In this document: in pieces, positions 49,501 through 61,800 of the stretch
How the letters are laid out: the number at the start of each line of letters is the position of its first letter
Numbering within the stretch: position 1 is the stretch's first letter
From: Mytilus trossulus
Lineage: Eukaryota
NCBI RefSeq assembly: GCF_036588685.1
Contig: NC_086382.1
Coordinates: 25,296,001-25,360,000, forward strand
Length of the DNA stretch: 64,000 bases
Direction of reading: 5' to 3'
Made by a program: the position numbers and the translations under genes
The notes under the pieces: generated by a model
Seen by the model: only the letters and a program-made list of their open reading frames with translations
The model's database searches: none
What the model was told of the DNA's origin: nothing

Positions 49501-51357
49501 GAAACCAACTTAGGGACGTACAGGACATACAGAGGGAGAAGGGTAAAACTGTGTTTCCTTAGTCCTATTTCTGTACCTATCTTATATTTTAAGCTTATAG
49601 AGTTAGACATAGCCTTCATTAAAGTTTTTTTTGGGTAATTTTTCAGTAATAGTGGCACTGTTAGTCAAGAAAATTCAAGTGTTGAAGTGAGTTGACAATG
49701 TCAGAGGGTGGTAATAGGGGTACCTTCATGAGGAATAACAGTAAAACGTTAACGGTACTTTTTGGTGCATGACGCTAAAATGTACAATTTCTTTAAGACG
49801 ATAAAACAATCGACTGATTTTGAGAAGAATCTTGTTAATTTTCAGTACTAGGGATATTGTTTGCCTTAAATTACTGGAGAATAAAGGCATTTTCCCCTGG
49901 AGAAGAATCCCAATTTGAAAAAAAAAGGCTTAAAATTATTCCCCAAGACAATTTTTTCCCCAAACAGTGCAGTCTCAGTAGTATTTATGCATGAATCAGT
50001 CTTCACAATGAACTGTTAAATCTACAGGCCAGTAGCTCAATTTTAGAAAATTTTTAGTTAGATTCTGTTGGCCTGTAGATATGATTTTAACGAATCCGGG
50101 TCTGTCCGCCCTGATTCTGGTTCGCCCTAGTTTCTGTTCGCCCTAATACCTGTTCGTCCCAAGTCCATTTGCCCTGATTTTATTTTTTAGTATATAGTGT
50201 TGCGTTGTGTGTATATAAGTGAATGTGTTGAAGTCACTCTACAATTTGGCCCAATATTTACGATGTATCATGTTGTTTATAGCTAGCTGCTACTAGGACT
50301 AGATTATAAGTTTTTGTACATTCACTGTTAAATTGAATTACTATTAGCATGATTAGTAAATAAAATACCAAAAACACAGTCACACTGCTGTACATTGATC
50401 ACTTGTCATCAGTGTTTAACTTTTTACCCATCAAAGCTGACTATTTTATTTACAATCAGTCATATCAAAGATTTCAAATGATACATGTGATACCTTAATT
50501 ATCAGCAATCTAAATTCAATAAAGTAATTATAAAATAAAGTAATTAGTAATTATAAAATAAAGTAATTATAAAATAAAGTTATTATAAAATAAAGTAATT
50601 ATAAAATAAAATAATTATAAAATAAAGTTATTATAAAATAAAGTAGTTATAAAATAAAGTGTAACAATGCAGCCAAGAATTTTATTTAATGAATATAAAT
50701 TTGGCAAATATTCTGTATTAAACTTTTAATAGATATACATGCACATAAATTTCATTATATATACATATATTTATTTCATCAAGTTTATTAATGTAACATA
50801 TATACATATCATAAATGAATATAAGGCTATGAACCCAGGGCAAACGGACTATCAGGTCGAACAAACTCAGTGCGAATAAACTTAGTGCGAACATGTATTC
50901 AGGGCGAACGATCCTAATACCGGTTTTAACAGGCCCAAGAGCAATTTTACAAGCCTGTTGTTAACATGTTAACGGACCCCCTATTGTCCCCCCCCCCCCT
51001 CACTCAACTACAAAAAGTCTGAATGAACAAGTTTAAAATATTGACAATGAAAAGGTCTGACACCCAAAATTGTAGGTGTCACGCATGACCGATATGCATT
51101 TTGTTTATATAATTACAGATATCTAAATAATATATATTTTAACCTTCATTTTGTAAATCATGGACAAAACTCAAAGACGATTTCGCTTCTTTTTTACTCT
51201 TCTTTGATTTTTTGGAAAGCTTTGGTCCTTCAGCATCATTAGACTGTTCGTCAACTTCCATTTCTTGTACATCCTCATCCTTTTCTTCGTCTGATTCCTC
51301 TTCTGTTACAATTTTCCTACCTCGAAAATTACGTCGCGGCTTTTTAAACGTCGCCAT
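25578..51357 (-). CDS. PAXBP1: PAX3- and PAX7-binding protein 1 / GCFC (Ntr2-related) family protein, ~825 aa, 19 coding exons
   Basis: Exons 51357-51144, 45018-44840, 44461-44359, 43452-43317, 41927-41812, 41466-41396, 40762-40590, 39505-39316, 38283-38166, 37217-37142, 36764-36652, 36059-35860, 33622-33475, 32883-32765, 31763-31687, 30391-30325, 29931-29785, 28766-28618, 25659-25578 sum to 2478 nt in frame. Hallmarks: [101 protein letters not shown]. Confidence 0.92.
25750..25916 (+). mobile_element. Degenerate retrozyme copy with mutated hammerhead
   Basis: GCGTCACTGATTAGTCTTTTGTAGACGAATTGCGCGTCTGGC: both catalytic boxes altered. Confidence 0.7.
26103..26397 (+). mobile_element. Short Helentron-associated (HINE-like) non-autonomous element; related copy inverted at ~56880-57090
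   Basis: AACAAGAATGTGTCC start, GACG/GACA microsatellite-like tract, terminal ATGCC...GGGCATAAAAA; shared GGACTTCA...TCATCAAAAACTA...CCTCGACCAAAA core. Confidence 0.55.
30767..31620 (-). mobile_element. Penelope-like retroelement 3' fragment (degenerate GIY-YIG endonuclease region plus minimal hammerhead) in PAXBP1 intron 15
   Basis: [36 protein letters not shown]-x4-C-x2-C motif, frameshifted IYILIC..CKLQYV.ET...[10 protein letters not shown], and [22 protein letters not shown]; hammerhead-like CACGC CCGATGA AGCTA..TAGC GAAA TATT GCGTG at 30810-30767. Confidence 0.8.
34215..34820 (-). mobile_element. Decayed L1/Tx1-clade non-LTR retrotransposon fragment
   Basis: [23 protein letters not shown]...KW...FWK resembles the GGL...KW region downstream of L1/Tx1 reverse transcriptase. 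Confidence 0.6.
34934..35527. mobile_element. MITE with ~25-bp terminal inverted repeats
   Basis: GGTGTGAAAGGAGTAAGTTCGATAAG ... CTTATCGAACATACTCCTTTACACC. Confidence 0.7.
39650..40048 (+). mobile_element. Abundant interspersed repeat (copies or fragments at ~1690-1830, 13440-13610, 17590-17800 (-), 19440-19800)
   Basis: Shared GGGGCCAGCTGAA...GGAATTTCTCGCTGCATTGAAGACC...CATTCCCCATT...CTCAATTT core. Confidence 0.65.
42281..42813. mobile_element. MITE with ~58-bp terminal inverted repeats
   Basis: CATCTTCCCTAGTCAAGGGTTCCAATCCACTCCTGTTCTCTCCACCCTTGGCAGATT ... AATCCGCCAAGGGTGGAGAGAACGGGAGTGGATCGTAACCCTTGGCTAGCAAAGATG. Confidence 0.8.
43465..43787 (-). mobile_element. tRNA-derived SINE with 14-bp TSD; second copy (no tRNA head) on + at ~52365-52618
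   Basis: B-box GGTTCGATTCC near the 5' end on the minus strand; ACCTACAAATATTA at 43451-43464 and 43788-43801. Confidence 0.85.
46338..48140 (+). pseudogene. hAT transposase (ZNF862-like) interrupted by one in-frame TAG at 47940-47942
   Basis: [22 protein letters not shown] (CxxH), [30 protein letters not shown] (hAT C-terminal dimerisation motif continues in frame across the stop). Confidence 0.9.
48230..49348 (+). mobile_element. Helentron-associated (HINE-like) element with two ~495-bp internal repeats, nested in the hAT element
   Basis: Repeat units start at ~48293 and ~48788; (GAC)n tract then terminal hairpin AGCTCACTTGGCCCTTTGGGCCAGGTGAGCT followed by A-run; left boundary approximate. 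Confidence 0.65.
50517..50660. repeat. 16-bp AT-rich minisatellite (TAATTATAAAATAAAG)n
   Basis: About 8 copies seen directly. Confidence 0.9.
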
Positions 51358-51586
51358 GTTGCTTTAACAGCATACACTAAAGTGTTGATTTGTAATAAAC
51401 ATCTGGTAACCTTAATTACATCAATCAAATCAAAAGCTTTATTTACAGTCGGCATGTCACATACCAATCGATTATTTCTACTTCTATACTTCCTTTCGTT
51501 TCATTGTTCGCAGATATTTAAATTATACAAATGCAAAAAGTGTAATAATGTATTTCCGGCTCCGCATTATACAGTTAGTTTTATTG

Positions 51587-52165
51587 ACCATACGAGTATT
51601 TGGACCGTACGCGTACGGTCCGGACCGTACACGTATACTCGTGCGGTTCTTTTACTAGCTAAAGATAATTTTTTATTTTTTAATTGGTTACCTTATCTAT
51701 TAAAAGCAATTACCATACTGCCATATTTTTAATCCCATTTATATTCTTTTTTGTTTGAACTACTTATTTTTACCTTTTACCCTTTGATTTTATCATTTTT
51801 CTGTCACATTTAAATCTTTTAATTCCTTAAACATATGATAGTAACGTCTCATAAAAAGGGATCAAAACTGTTTTTAAAAATCATGGCATAAACTCTAACC
51901 TAGGTAGAATCATAAATGATGTAAATAGCACATAATTTTAAACTATTGTTCTTAAAATTCACAGTTTTACCTGTATATAAGGTTTTTTAAAACTTAAGCA
52001 CCACACCTCACTGTAAATATCTGTAAATATTTTAAAACCATATATCCCCAAGTGGGAGTGCTCCGATATATAACGGAGGAATCTACCTGAACAGAACAGA
52101 ACATACAATACGCGTACGGTCGGACCGTATGAGTATACTCGTACGGTCCAGCTGACAATACATGT
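51587..52165. mobile_element. MITE-like element with palindrome-rich ends upstream of PAXBP1
   Basis: CCATACGAGTATTTGGACCGTACGCGTACGGTCCGGACCGTAC at the left and TACGCGTACGGTCGGACCGTATGAGTATACTCGTACGGTCCA at the right, flanking an AT-rich core. Confidence 0.6.
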
Positions 52166-55100
52166 TTAGGTATCATATGGGTTAAATTAAAAAAAAAACA
52201 ATATTACCAAACATTTGTAGTTTTAGTTCTACAAGATGTTATTTTTACATTAGATGGATAAAGTGAATAAGCGTACAATTGAAATTAAATGTTTGTTTAA
52301 TTCTAGTTCATCATTGTTTGTTTGTTTCATCACAAATAAGAAAGGACTCTCCCTTGACACCATTTGCGAGTATGGTCTTTAGAAAAGATGATAGTCCGAG
52401 TATGGTCTTTAGAGAAGATGATAGTCCGATAAATGGCTTACCCATGTTAAGAGAGAGACATATATCTTGCACGTAGAGTACACCCTTATAGATTTCGAAA
52501 AAAAAGCAGGCTAATACCGCTACAAGACAGCACTCGCACCCGCAAAGTAGAAAGGGATTAATATAAGTAACAATAAATTGTTTCCGAATCCACTATAAAT
52601 AATTATGTTTAAACTAAAGGACTCTAACAAATATACTATATTCATTTTGTTTTAATTTTGATCTTTTAAAAAATGAATTGTTTTTGCCTGATTAGCTTAT
52701 AAATCACAACTGTTGCAATGCATCAAGTAGAGAGGCCTTTAATAAACCAGATAAGAATTCATACGAAATGGAAGCAAGTGACGCTTCATGCAAAATGTGA
52801 TGGCTATTTGCCTCCATTTTCAAAACAAAACTGCATTGGTTTTTTTTTTGCACCGGGTCTAAGTAAATAAACTCATCATATAGATATCATAAGGAACAAT
52901 GATACTGTTGTTCAGCTAATGTCGTTTGTTGATGTGGTTTATAAGTGTTTCTTGATTATTTTGATAAATATTAGACCGTTGATCTTCCTGTTTGCATTAT
53001 TTTAAACTAGTCATTTAGTTGGGACCCGTTATATAGTTTGCTGTTCGATGTGAGCCAAAGCTCTGTGTTGAAGGCCGTACTTTGACCTATTATGGTTTAC
53101 TTTTTCCAAATTGTGACATGGACGGAGAGTTGTCTCATTGGCACTCATACCACATCTTTTATATCTACTCAATTATTTAATTAATATGTGATTTTATAGC
53201 ACATGTATTGAAGTATCTTAGCGGCTTTAACAAATGTCTCATCCATACTGTATAGAAACAGTGATGTCTCAGGAGAGGGTTCTGAGAGTTATTACATTAT
53301 AACACCTCAAGTTCTTTGGAAACCTTCAACGTAACAAAAAATACTATTTCATGTCTGATTTTTAATTAAATCAGACAGGAACACGTTTTACATGTAACGA
53401 TCATGTTTGGTTTAGATGATTTCTATTTCAAACCGTTTTTTTTTGTATTTGACGACGGGAACAACTAATTGTAATAACCAGAAATGTAAAAATAAAATAA
53501 TGTCTGTGCATGTAAACAGGGGAACTTGGACCGAAAAATGAAGTTAAAACAGTGGAGATACCGGTATCAAATATCATTATATATTATTTACATATGTTGC
53601 CCTACAGATATTATCACCATTGTATACTTTTGGGCTACACGAATATCTCGTTCATGAGGCGGATCGAGCCACATTTAAAAGGGGGTTCCCAACCCAGGAG
53701 AAAGGGGGGATTCCAACTATATGTACACATTCAATGCATTGATCGTCCAAAAAGAAATGGGAGATTCCAACCTCCGGAACCCTCCCCTGGATCCGCCACT
53801 GCGTTCGTCTCAGTAAAAATGATGTCACAAGTTATACATAATTATCATTGTGTCAACAAGAGTGTAACACAAAAAAATCAAAATAAACATTATAAGTTAT
53901 CCTTATTGGAGTTTAATCTGAGTTCGCACGTTATTCGAGTTCGATTCGCATAAACTAATTCGAATTGGTTAAATTCGCATTCGAAACGTTTTATGCGTCC
54001 AAAACGAATTGAGGGTAACAAGAAAAACAAATCCAACAATGAGAGAGTATGAAATGATGGGACAACAACTTACCACAGTACACCAATATCCATACCTCGG
54101 AGTCGAATTGTCAGTAGATCTCAGTTGGGATCCACACATCAAGAAAGTCATCATACAATTAAGCCGAGTACTAGGATTCCTAAGACGTAATATCTGGAAG
54201 TGTCCACAAGACATCAAAGCGCTGGCCTATACATCGCTAGTGTGCCAACATCTTGAGTACGCATCTGCAGTATGGGATCCGTATCGAAAACATCACATCG
54301 ACTCCATAGAAATGGTCCAAAGAAGAGCTGCTGGATTTGCTAGACTTGATGTCGGAAATTATCGACCAGTCAGTATTTTAATTGTAGTTTCTAAAATTGT
54401 TGAAAGATCAGTATATTCACAATTTGAAAAATATCTGGTGGAAAATGATCTACTTTATAATTTACAATCTGGTTTCAGATCTGCCTATTATACAGATACA
54501 TGTCTTATTCATTTGTTAGATCATATTAAAAATGAAACTGCTAAGGGACTTTATACTGGAATGATAATGTTAGATTTACCGTGAAAAGCCTTTGTCACTG
54601 TCGACCATCTTATATTGTGTAACAAACCACAAAAAATGGGTGTCAAATGTACTATAACGATTTGAATCATATTTATGTAATAGAAAACAAAAAGTTAGTA
54701 TAAATGGTACTGAATCTGATTTAAGATATATTACATATGGAGTACCACAAGGGAGTATTTTAGGACCACTTTTATTCCTATATTATGTTAATGGCATGTC
54801 TATAAGTATTAGTAAAGACTGCAAAATTTTACTATAGGCAGATGATAGTACCATACTATACTCTCATAAAAACCCAGAAGTTATATCTGAGAAACTTAGG
54901 AACTTGAATCTTGTAGCAAATGGCTGATTGGTAATAAATTATCACTTCATTTGGGGAAAACAGAAACTATTCTGTTTGGGTCAAAACGTAAATTATCTAA
55001 AATCCGTAACTTTGATGTTACTTGTAATAATCACACAATTTCCTCGCAAAATTGTGTGAAATATTTAGGCCTTAATATAGATAATTCTCTTTCTGGAGAA

Positions 55101-55805
55101 TTTTTTTTAATAATATTATTCAAAAGATAAATTCAAGACAGGCAAAATGTTTATCAGAACAATCAAGAAAGACTTAAGTTACAGCTTTAATTCAATGTCA
55201 TTTTGACTATGCCTGTTCTGCATGGTATGCTGGTGTCAGCAAAAAATATAAAATAAGTTACAAGTATTACAAAACAAATTTGTTAGATTTATAAAAAACA
55301 CTGGATATAGATCAAAAGTTGACCATAATGTATTGAATAGTATTAGATATGTTAATATTAAAAATCGTGTTAAACAATTGAGATTAAACCACGTACATAA
55401 TATTTATTACCACCATTGTCCTAATTATATGTATTCAAATTTTACAAAGGTGAGACATTTACATCATCATTTCACACGAAATAGTGAATATAACTTCTGG
55501 GTTCCTCCAGTTAAGAGTCAACAAAAAGACACATTTTATTTTAATGGCAAACAAGATTGGAATATGTTGCCAATTAATTTTAAAAAGATAAACAAAATAA
55601 AGAATTTCAAAATTAGCGTCAAAGAGCACTTAACCAAAAGTTATAGTGCGGCTTCATCAGACTCCTTTTTATATTATTAATCATATTTTTATATAAATTA
55701 TTTTTATATGAATTTTCATCTCATATTAATTGTGTGTTATCTTTTTTGTATGTCGAAACTATAAGCCGTTTACATGAAGGGACCCCATTGGAAACAAGCT
55801 TTAGA

Positions 55806-56066
55806 TGTACAGTAGTTGTCGTTTGTTTATGTAAGATATACGTGTTTCTCGTTTCTCGTTTTGTTTATATAGATTAGACCGTTGGTTTTCCCGTTTGAAT
55901 GGTTTTACACACTAGTAATTTTGGGGCCCTTTATAGCTTGTTGTTCGGTGTGAGCCAAGGCTCCGTGTTGAAGGCCGTACTTTAACCTATAATGGTTTAA
56001 TTTTTAAATTGTTATTTGGATGGAGAGTTGTCTCATTGGCACTCACACCACATCTTCCTATATCTA
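55806..56066. mobile_element. SINE-like repeat with TTTAGA TSD (family also at ~24098, 30140-30260, 32055-32320, 35660-35785, 52905-53165)
   Basis: TTTAGA at 55800-55805 and 56067-56072; core GGATGGAGAGTTGTCTCATTGGCACTCACACCACATCTT. Confidence 0.75.
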
Positions 56067-56223
56067 TTTAGAGCTTTCATGGGTTATCCCTGATAAAATA
56101 TCAGCAAAGTTTTTCATACACTTAAAAGGATACTGCACTCATAATAATGCCAATATATTTTACCATATATGTGTTAGTATTGTCTTTATGTACCGTATAT
56201 ATTGTGTATTGTAATTATAAATA

Positions 56224-57608
56224 CTAGAACACACCCGCGAAATCGCGGGCATATACAGCTTGTGAACTGTTGTAGGATGATTTTTTGGTAAAAGATATTG
56301 TATGGAGAATTTCATAAAAGGTATCAAAAGCCCTCTCCCTTTTTCCAAAGTCCGATATTTGTTTCATTTTTGTTAAATTCAATTATTTTCGTGTTTCTGG
56401 CCTCAAACCACAATTATTCTTCTCCTTTGCTACAATGCATCTTTTGGTAAAAGTCAAATTAAATTTAAAATTTGCACCGCTTGAAACATGAAATAAACGT
56501 AACTGCTTATATATAGACCCTTATTAGTCTAATAAAATATGCTTCTAGGACAACCCATCAGTGCTTTTTCGTTTGAGAGCCTTATTAACATGTCAATGGT
56601 AGGATATGAATCTTGTATAAATGACTAAGACCGACCAAGGCTAATTTTAGGGGTGGTCGGAGGGGTCCTGATCCTGAAATCCCGGGCTTAAAAACATGAA
56701 ATACCGAGATGCAGAAATTCATATCCCGAAATCCCAAAATCGAAAAATATATTCCCGGATCTCATAAATCCCGAGCTTTAAAACACCCGATCCCGACGTC
56801 CCGAAAAAGGTCCTGCCTCACTCTAATCTCTGCCCTTCTTTCATTTTTGCCAAATCACTACTTTCACGTTTAACAATAAATTTTAATGCCCCATTTATGG
56901 GCATAATGTTTTCTAGTCTGTGTATCTGTGCGTTCGTTCATTCGTTCGTCCGTCCGTATGTCCCGCTTCTGGTTAAAGTTTTTGGTCGAGGTAGCTATAT
57001 AGTTTTTGATGAAGTTGAAGTCCAATCTCGAAACTTAGTAAATATAGTGGTGCCGATGTGGCATCCGTGAACTTTGGACACATTCTTGTTTCCACATGAT
57101 TTACCAGGAACATATATATTTAATATATATGCAACTGGTATGACCCCTTAAATAGTAAACATTTCAAAGAAAACAGTAGACAGAATACAGAGTCTCTATA
57201 TATTAAAGTAGTATAATCTTAGTTTACATGTAGATAAACGCGAAAAATAATGTCCTCTCCAAGGAGGTATAATAGTTGTGGTTCTTACGATCTAAACACC
57301 ATGATATGGAGAACGCTCTGATTGGCTTATTTATTTTTCATTTTTGTTATCTATCATACGATTGGTTGTACTTCATGTTTCAAACCGGAAGTCTCATCTG
57401 ACTAAAAATCAGTCTGATGACGGAATCAATATCCGGACTCCTTTTTGTCGTTTTTCTCCAAAAATAACTCAATCTGAAAAATCATAAGAATGGATGACAA
57501 ATGCGACTATGCATGTTACCTATAGAACACAGAGACATGATGATTAATTTATCTTGGAAGGAAGAGAAGCGACACACAAAATGAGGTCTTCTCGTTTAAT
57601 AGTATAGA
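56224..57608 (-). mobile_element. Non-autonomous Helitron
   Basis: Minus strand begins A|TCTATACTA and ends CCCGCGATTTCGCGGG (hairpin) TGTGTTCTAG|T: canonical TC...CTAG termini at an AT site with no TSD. Confidence 0.85.
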
Positions 57609-58862
57609 TGCTCAAGTTGATATTTTTTGAATAATATATTATTATTATTATTATCATTATGATTATTATTATATTATTATTTTTTTTATTTGCGACATCA
57701 ACATACAGTCGAGAACCAGGGACAGTTACAAACATCAGGAAAACCCTAGATAGCAAACGTTAGAATCTAGACGGAAATCCAGTAGACTAAGCATGTTCTA
57801 CAAAGCAACACATGGAAAGGCGGCTGTCAACATACTATCATACGTGACACTGAAGACCATGCATTTAGACTACCTCAACAAGACAATACCATCCAGAAAA
57901 TTCACTCAGATCAGTACCTCCACAGATGCCTACAAATACAGCTACATACCACGCACCATCACTGACTGGAACAGCCTGCCTCTTGAAGCCTTCCAAGCTA
58001 ATCTCTAGAATGCTTCAAGGAGCAACTTCGGAGACTGCAGCTGTAAACAGAAATCACCTGTTTTTATCCAATTTTAATTGCATTTGTAAATACTGAGCAC
58101 GCAGGTTGACGTTTGCACATGTACAGCAGTATCTGCGTAATGGATGTCCACTGCAGATCAATAGTATAGATGTAGATGTAGATGCAATGCGTGTCAAATT
58201 CTCTTCACTGACCGTCCAAACGACGTTAACTTTTCAATTAGTTGATTATAATTTAATTCCAATTACATTTAAGAGAGTGTCCAAACTTTAGTTTAAATCG
58301 AATTAATGTGAATAAACCGTTGGCAAGGCTGAACTGACACCATGGGCGAAACGTCTATTTTCATGTACGCCCCTTTTTTCTCTACTCTTCAAAAAATTAA
58401 CCCCTTTTTTCTCTAATCTTCATTTTTTAAAGGCATTATTCTTTAATCATTTAACCCCATCCAAACCGTCATATACTAGTATGTAGTCATTAACTAACAA
58501 ATATGCATGTGCTGATTTGTGTCACGCCATATCCTTTACGTTTCTTTTATATAGACTTGTTTCGTTGACGTTTGACAAAAACTTTATTCCTGAAACATCA
58601 ATATTACTCTCATAAACATGAACATGCGATAGTCGTATTCACAATCGCGCTTGTTCGGTAACTTCCGGATAATTCCGGAATTATGGTTTAGGTTGATATC
58701 GACTGCATAACATGAACACATCAGTGTAACATGATTTGCTCTTATTCCAAAACGAGTCTCCCAAGTTCCTCCACTTTCAGTTCGACCAAAATATGGGCAG
58801 GGATTTTTTTAAACCTATTTCATGGAAAAGACGAACGTAGATTAATGAGTATTTAACTTAAA

Positions 58863-61800
58863 ATGGAACCCACTTTTGTGGAGGAGATAGAATTCCAAGA
58901 ACTACAATTCTACGAGGTTATGCTTCTTGTATATATATATCTGTTTATATGTCAGTCTGTCAAACCCTGTCCATGACCATGTTTTGTTTTTCATATTCAT
59001 ATTCTCCACTATAGAATTATAGCTTAGAGTAGACATAAAGTTATGAAAGATACGATTACATTAAGTTTGTGCATTGTCAACTACTATCAGTAGTAATCAG
59101 GTGGACAAAAACCTTTTAGATTATATGATAATTCCACAGCTCTTAAAAATTCTAGTTACACTTCGGCCCCTGCTTCGGGTAACACGAATTACCGAATAAC
59201 AGTGTTATTATCCGAATAACACATGTAATGACCGAATAACTTCAAATATCAATATTTATGTAACAGTAAATTTGGTCCGGTAGGAAAATTTGTCCGCCGG
59301 ACATTTTTACCTAGGTAATCAAGTCCATGGCCATAATTTTACTAGGATTAAAAGTCCTAGGACAAATTCTCCTAGGAAAATAAGTCCATAGCTAGTAAAA
59401 TAAGTCTGGCATTTATTTTTTTAGGAAAATTTGTCCTAATACATGTTTTTCTAGTAAAATTAGGATCATGAACTTGTTTACCTAGAAAAAATGTCTGTTA
59501 CCCATACCTGCCAACTTTTGAAAATGCCCATGGGGGTTTTAGCGCGCGATAACAATTTCAAAGTTTAAAATTCTTTGCGACGACTATTTTGCGCGTGCTG
59601 TTTTGTAGTCTAGAAAAAGTGTCATATTTGCATGATTTGTAAGATGAGCTTACATCCCTTTTTATACGACCGCAAATTTTGAAAAAATTTTCGTCGTATA
59701 TTGCTATCACGTTGTTGTCGTCGTCGTCATCGTCGTCCGAATACTTTTAGTTTTCGCACTCTAACTTTAGTAAAAGTGAATAGAAATCTATGAAATTTTA
59801 ACACAAGGTTTATGACCATAAAAGGAAGGTTGGTATTGATTTTGGGAGTTCTGGTCCCAACATTTTAGGAATTAGGGGCCAAAAAGGGCCCTAATAAGCA
59901 TTTTCTTGGTTTTCGCACTATAACTTTAGTTTAAGTCAATAGAAATCTATGAAATTTTGACACAAGGTTTATGACCACGAAAGAAAGGTTGGGATTGATT
60001 TTGGGAGTTTTGGTTTCAACAGTTTAGGAATTAGGGGCCAAAAAAGGGCCCAAATAAGCATTATTCTTGGTTTTCGCACAATAACTTAAGTTTTAAGTAA
60101 ATAGAAATCAATGAAATTTAAACACAATGTTTATGACCACAAAAGGAAGATTGGTATTGATTTTTGGAGTGTAGGTCCCAACAGTTTAGGAATTAGGGGC
60201 CAAAAAGGGACCCAAATAAGCATTTTTCTTGGTTTTCACACCATAACGTTAGGATAAGTAAATAGAAATCTATGAAATTTAAACACAAGGTTTATGACCT
60301 TAAAAGGAAGGTTGGTATTGATTTTGGGAGTTTTGGTCCCAACAGTTTAGGAAAAAGGGGCCCAAAGGGTCCAAAATTAAACTTTGTTTGAATAATTGGG
60401 GTTCTTTAATATGCCGAATCTAACTGTGTATGTAGATTCTTAACTTTTGGTCCCGTTTTCAAATTGGTCTACATTAAGGTCCAAAGGGTCCAAAATTAAA
60501 CTTAGTTTGATTTTGACAAAAAATGAATCGGTTGGGTTCTTTGATATGTTGAATCTAAAAATGTACTTAGATTCTTGATTAGTGGCCCAGTTTTCAAGTT
60601 GGTCCAAATCTGGGTCCAAAATTAAATTTCATCAAAAATTGAATAAATGGGGTTCTTTAATATGCCAAATCTAACTGTGTATGTAGATTCTTCATTTTTG
60701 GTCCCGTTTTCAAATTGGCCTACATTAAGGTCCAAAGGGTCCAAAATTAAACTAAGTTTGATTTTAACAAAAATTAAATTCTTGGGCCTCTTTGATATGC
60801 TGAATCTAAACATGTACTTAGATTTTTGATTATGGGCCCAGTTTTCAAGTTGGTCCAAATCAGGATCTAAAATTATTATATTAAGTATTGTGCAATAGCA
60901 AGTCTTTTCAATTGCACAGTATTGTGCAATGGCAAGAAATATCTAATTTCACAATATTGTGAAATAGCAAGATTTTTTTTAATTGGAGTTATCTTTCTTT
61001 GTCCAGAATCAACTTAAATCTTTGTTATATACAATATACAATGTATATTCACTTTTTACTACCAACTGATAATTAAATAATCTTTACCATTCAGTGATAA
61101 CACGCAGTTTTTTTACATCTTAATATTTTATGATGTATTTAAATGAGTATTTATTGTTGCAAACTCCAATAGAATATTTTAATTGAGATTAGTTTTGGAA
61201 TAAGGGAAAGGGGGATGTGATTAAAAAATTGGGTTCAATTTTTCTCATTTGAAATTTCATAAATAAAAAGAAAATTTCTTCAAACTTTTTTTGAGAGGAT
61301 TAATATTCAACAGCATAGTGAATTGCTCTAAGAGAAAACAAAAAAAATAAGTTCATTAGAACACATTCATTCTGTGTCAGAAACCTATGATGTGTCAACT
61401 ATTTAATCACAATCCAAATTTAGAGCTGAATCCAGCTTGAATGTTGTGTCCATACTTGCCCCAAACGTTCAGGGTTCAACCTGTGCGGTCGTATAAAGCT
61501 ACGCCCTGCGGAGCATCTGGTTCTCATTTGAAATTTCATAAATAAAAAGAAAATTTTTCAAACATTTTTTTGAGAGGATTAATATTCAACAGCATAGTGA
61601 GTTGCTCAAAGGCAAAACAAAAATTTTAAGTTCATTAGACCACATTCATTCTGTGTCAGAAACCTATGCTGTGTCAACTATTTAATCACAATCCAAATTT
61701 AGAGCTGAATCCAGCTTGAATGTTGTGTCCAATGGACTCCATACTTGCCCCAACCATTCAGGGTTCAACCTCTGCAGTCGTATAAAGCTGCGCCCTGCGG

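Larger units (their letters stand above)
54341..57687 (+). mobile_element. Decayed CR1/L2-group LINE (inner) with (ATT)n tail and ATTTGC TSD
   Basis: [54 protein letters not shown]; 3' UTR hairpin GGGACCCCATTGGAAACAAG...CTTTCATGGGTTATCCC; ATTTGC at 54335-54340 and 57688-57693. Confidence 0.8.
54009..58185 (+). mobile_element. 5'-truncated LINE (outer), split into 54009-54340 and 57688-58185 by nested insertions
   Basis: YPYLGVELSVDLSWDPHI...LGFLRRNI...AYTSLV..HLEYASAVWDPY...IEMVQRRAAGFA continues as TSTYSREPGTVTNI...MFYK...YKYSYIPRTITDWNSLP; (GATGTA)n tail at ~58169-58185. Confidence 0.8.

Noticed and set aside
54009-54584. 191-aa ORF as a real protein
   Set aside because: Chance in-frame fusion of two different LINE fragments at the ATTTGC junction
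59270-60860. CRISPR-like array
   Set aside because: Repeats are degenerate tandem units without unique spacers; eukaryotic context with no cas genes
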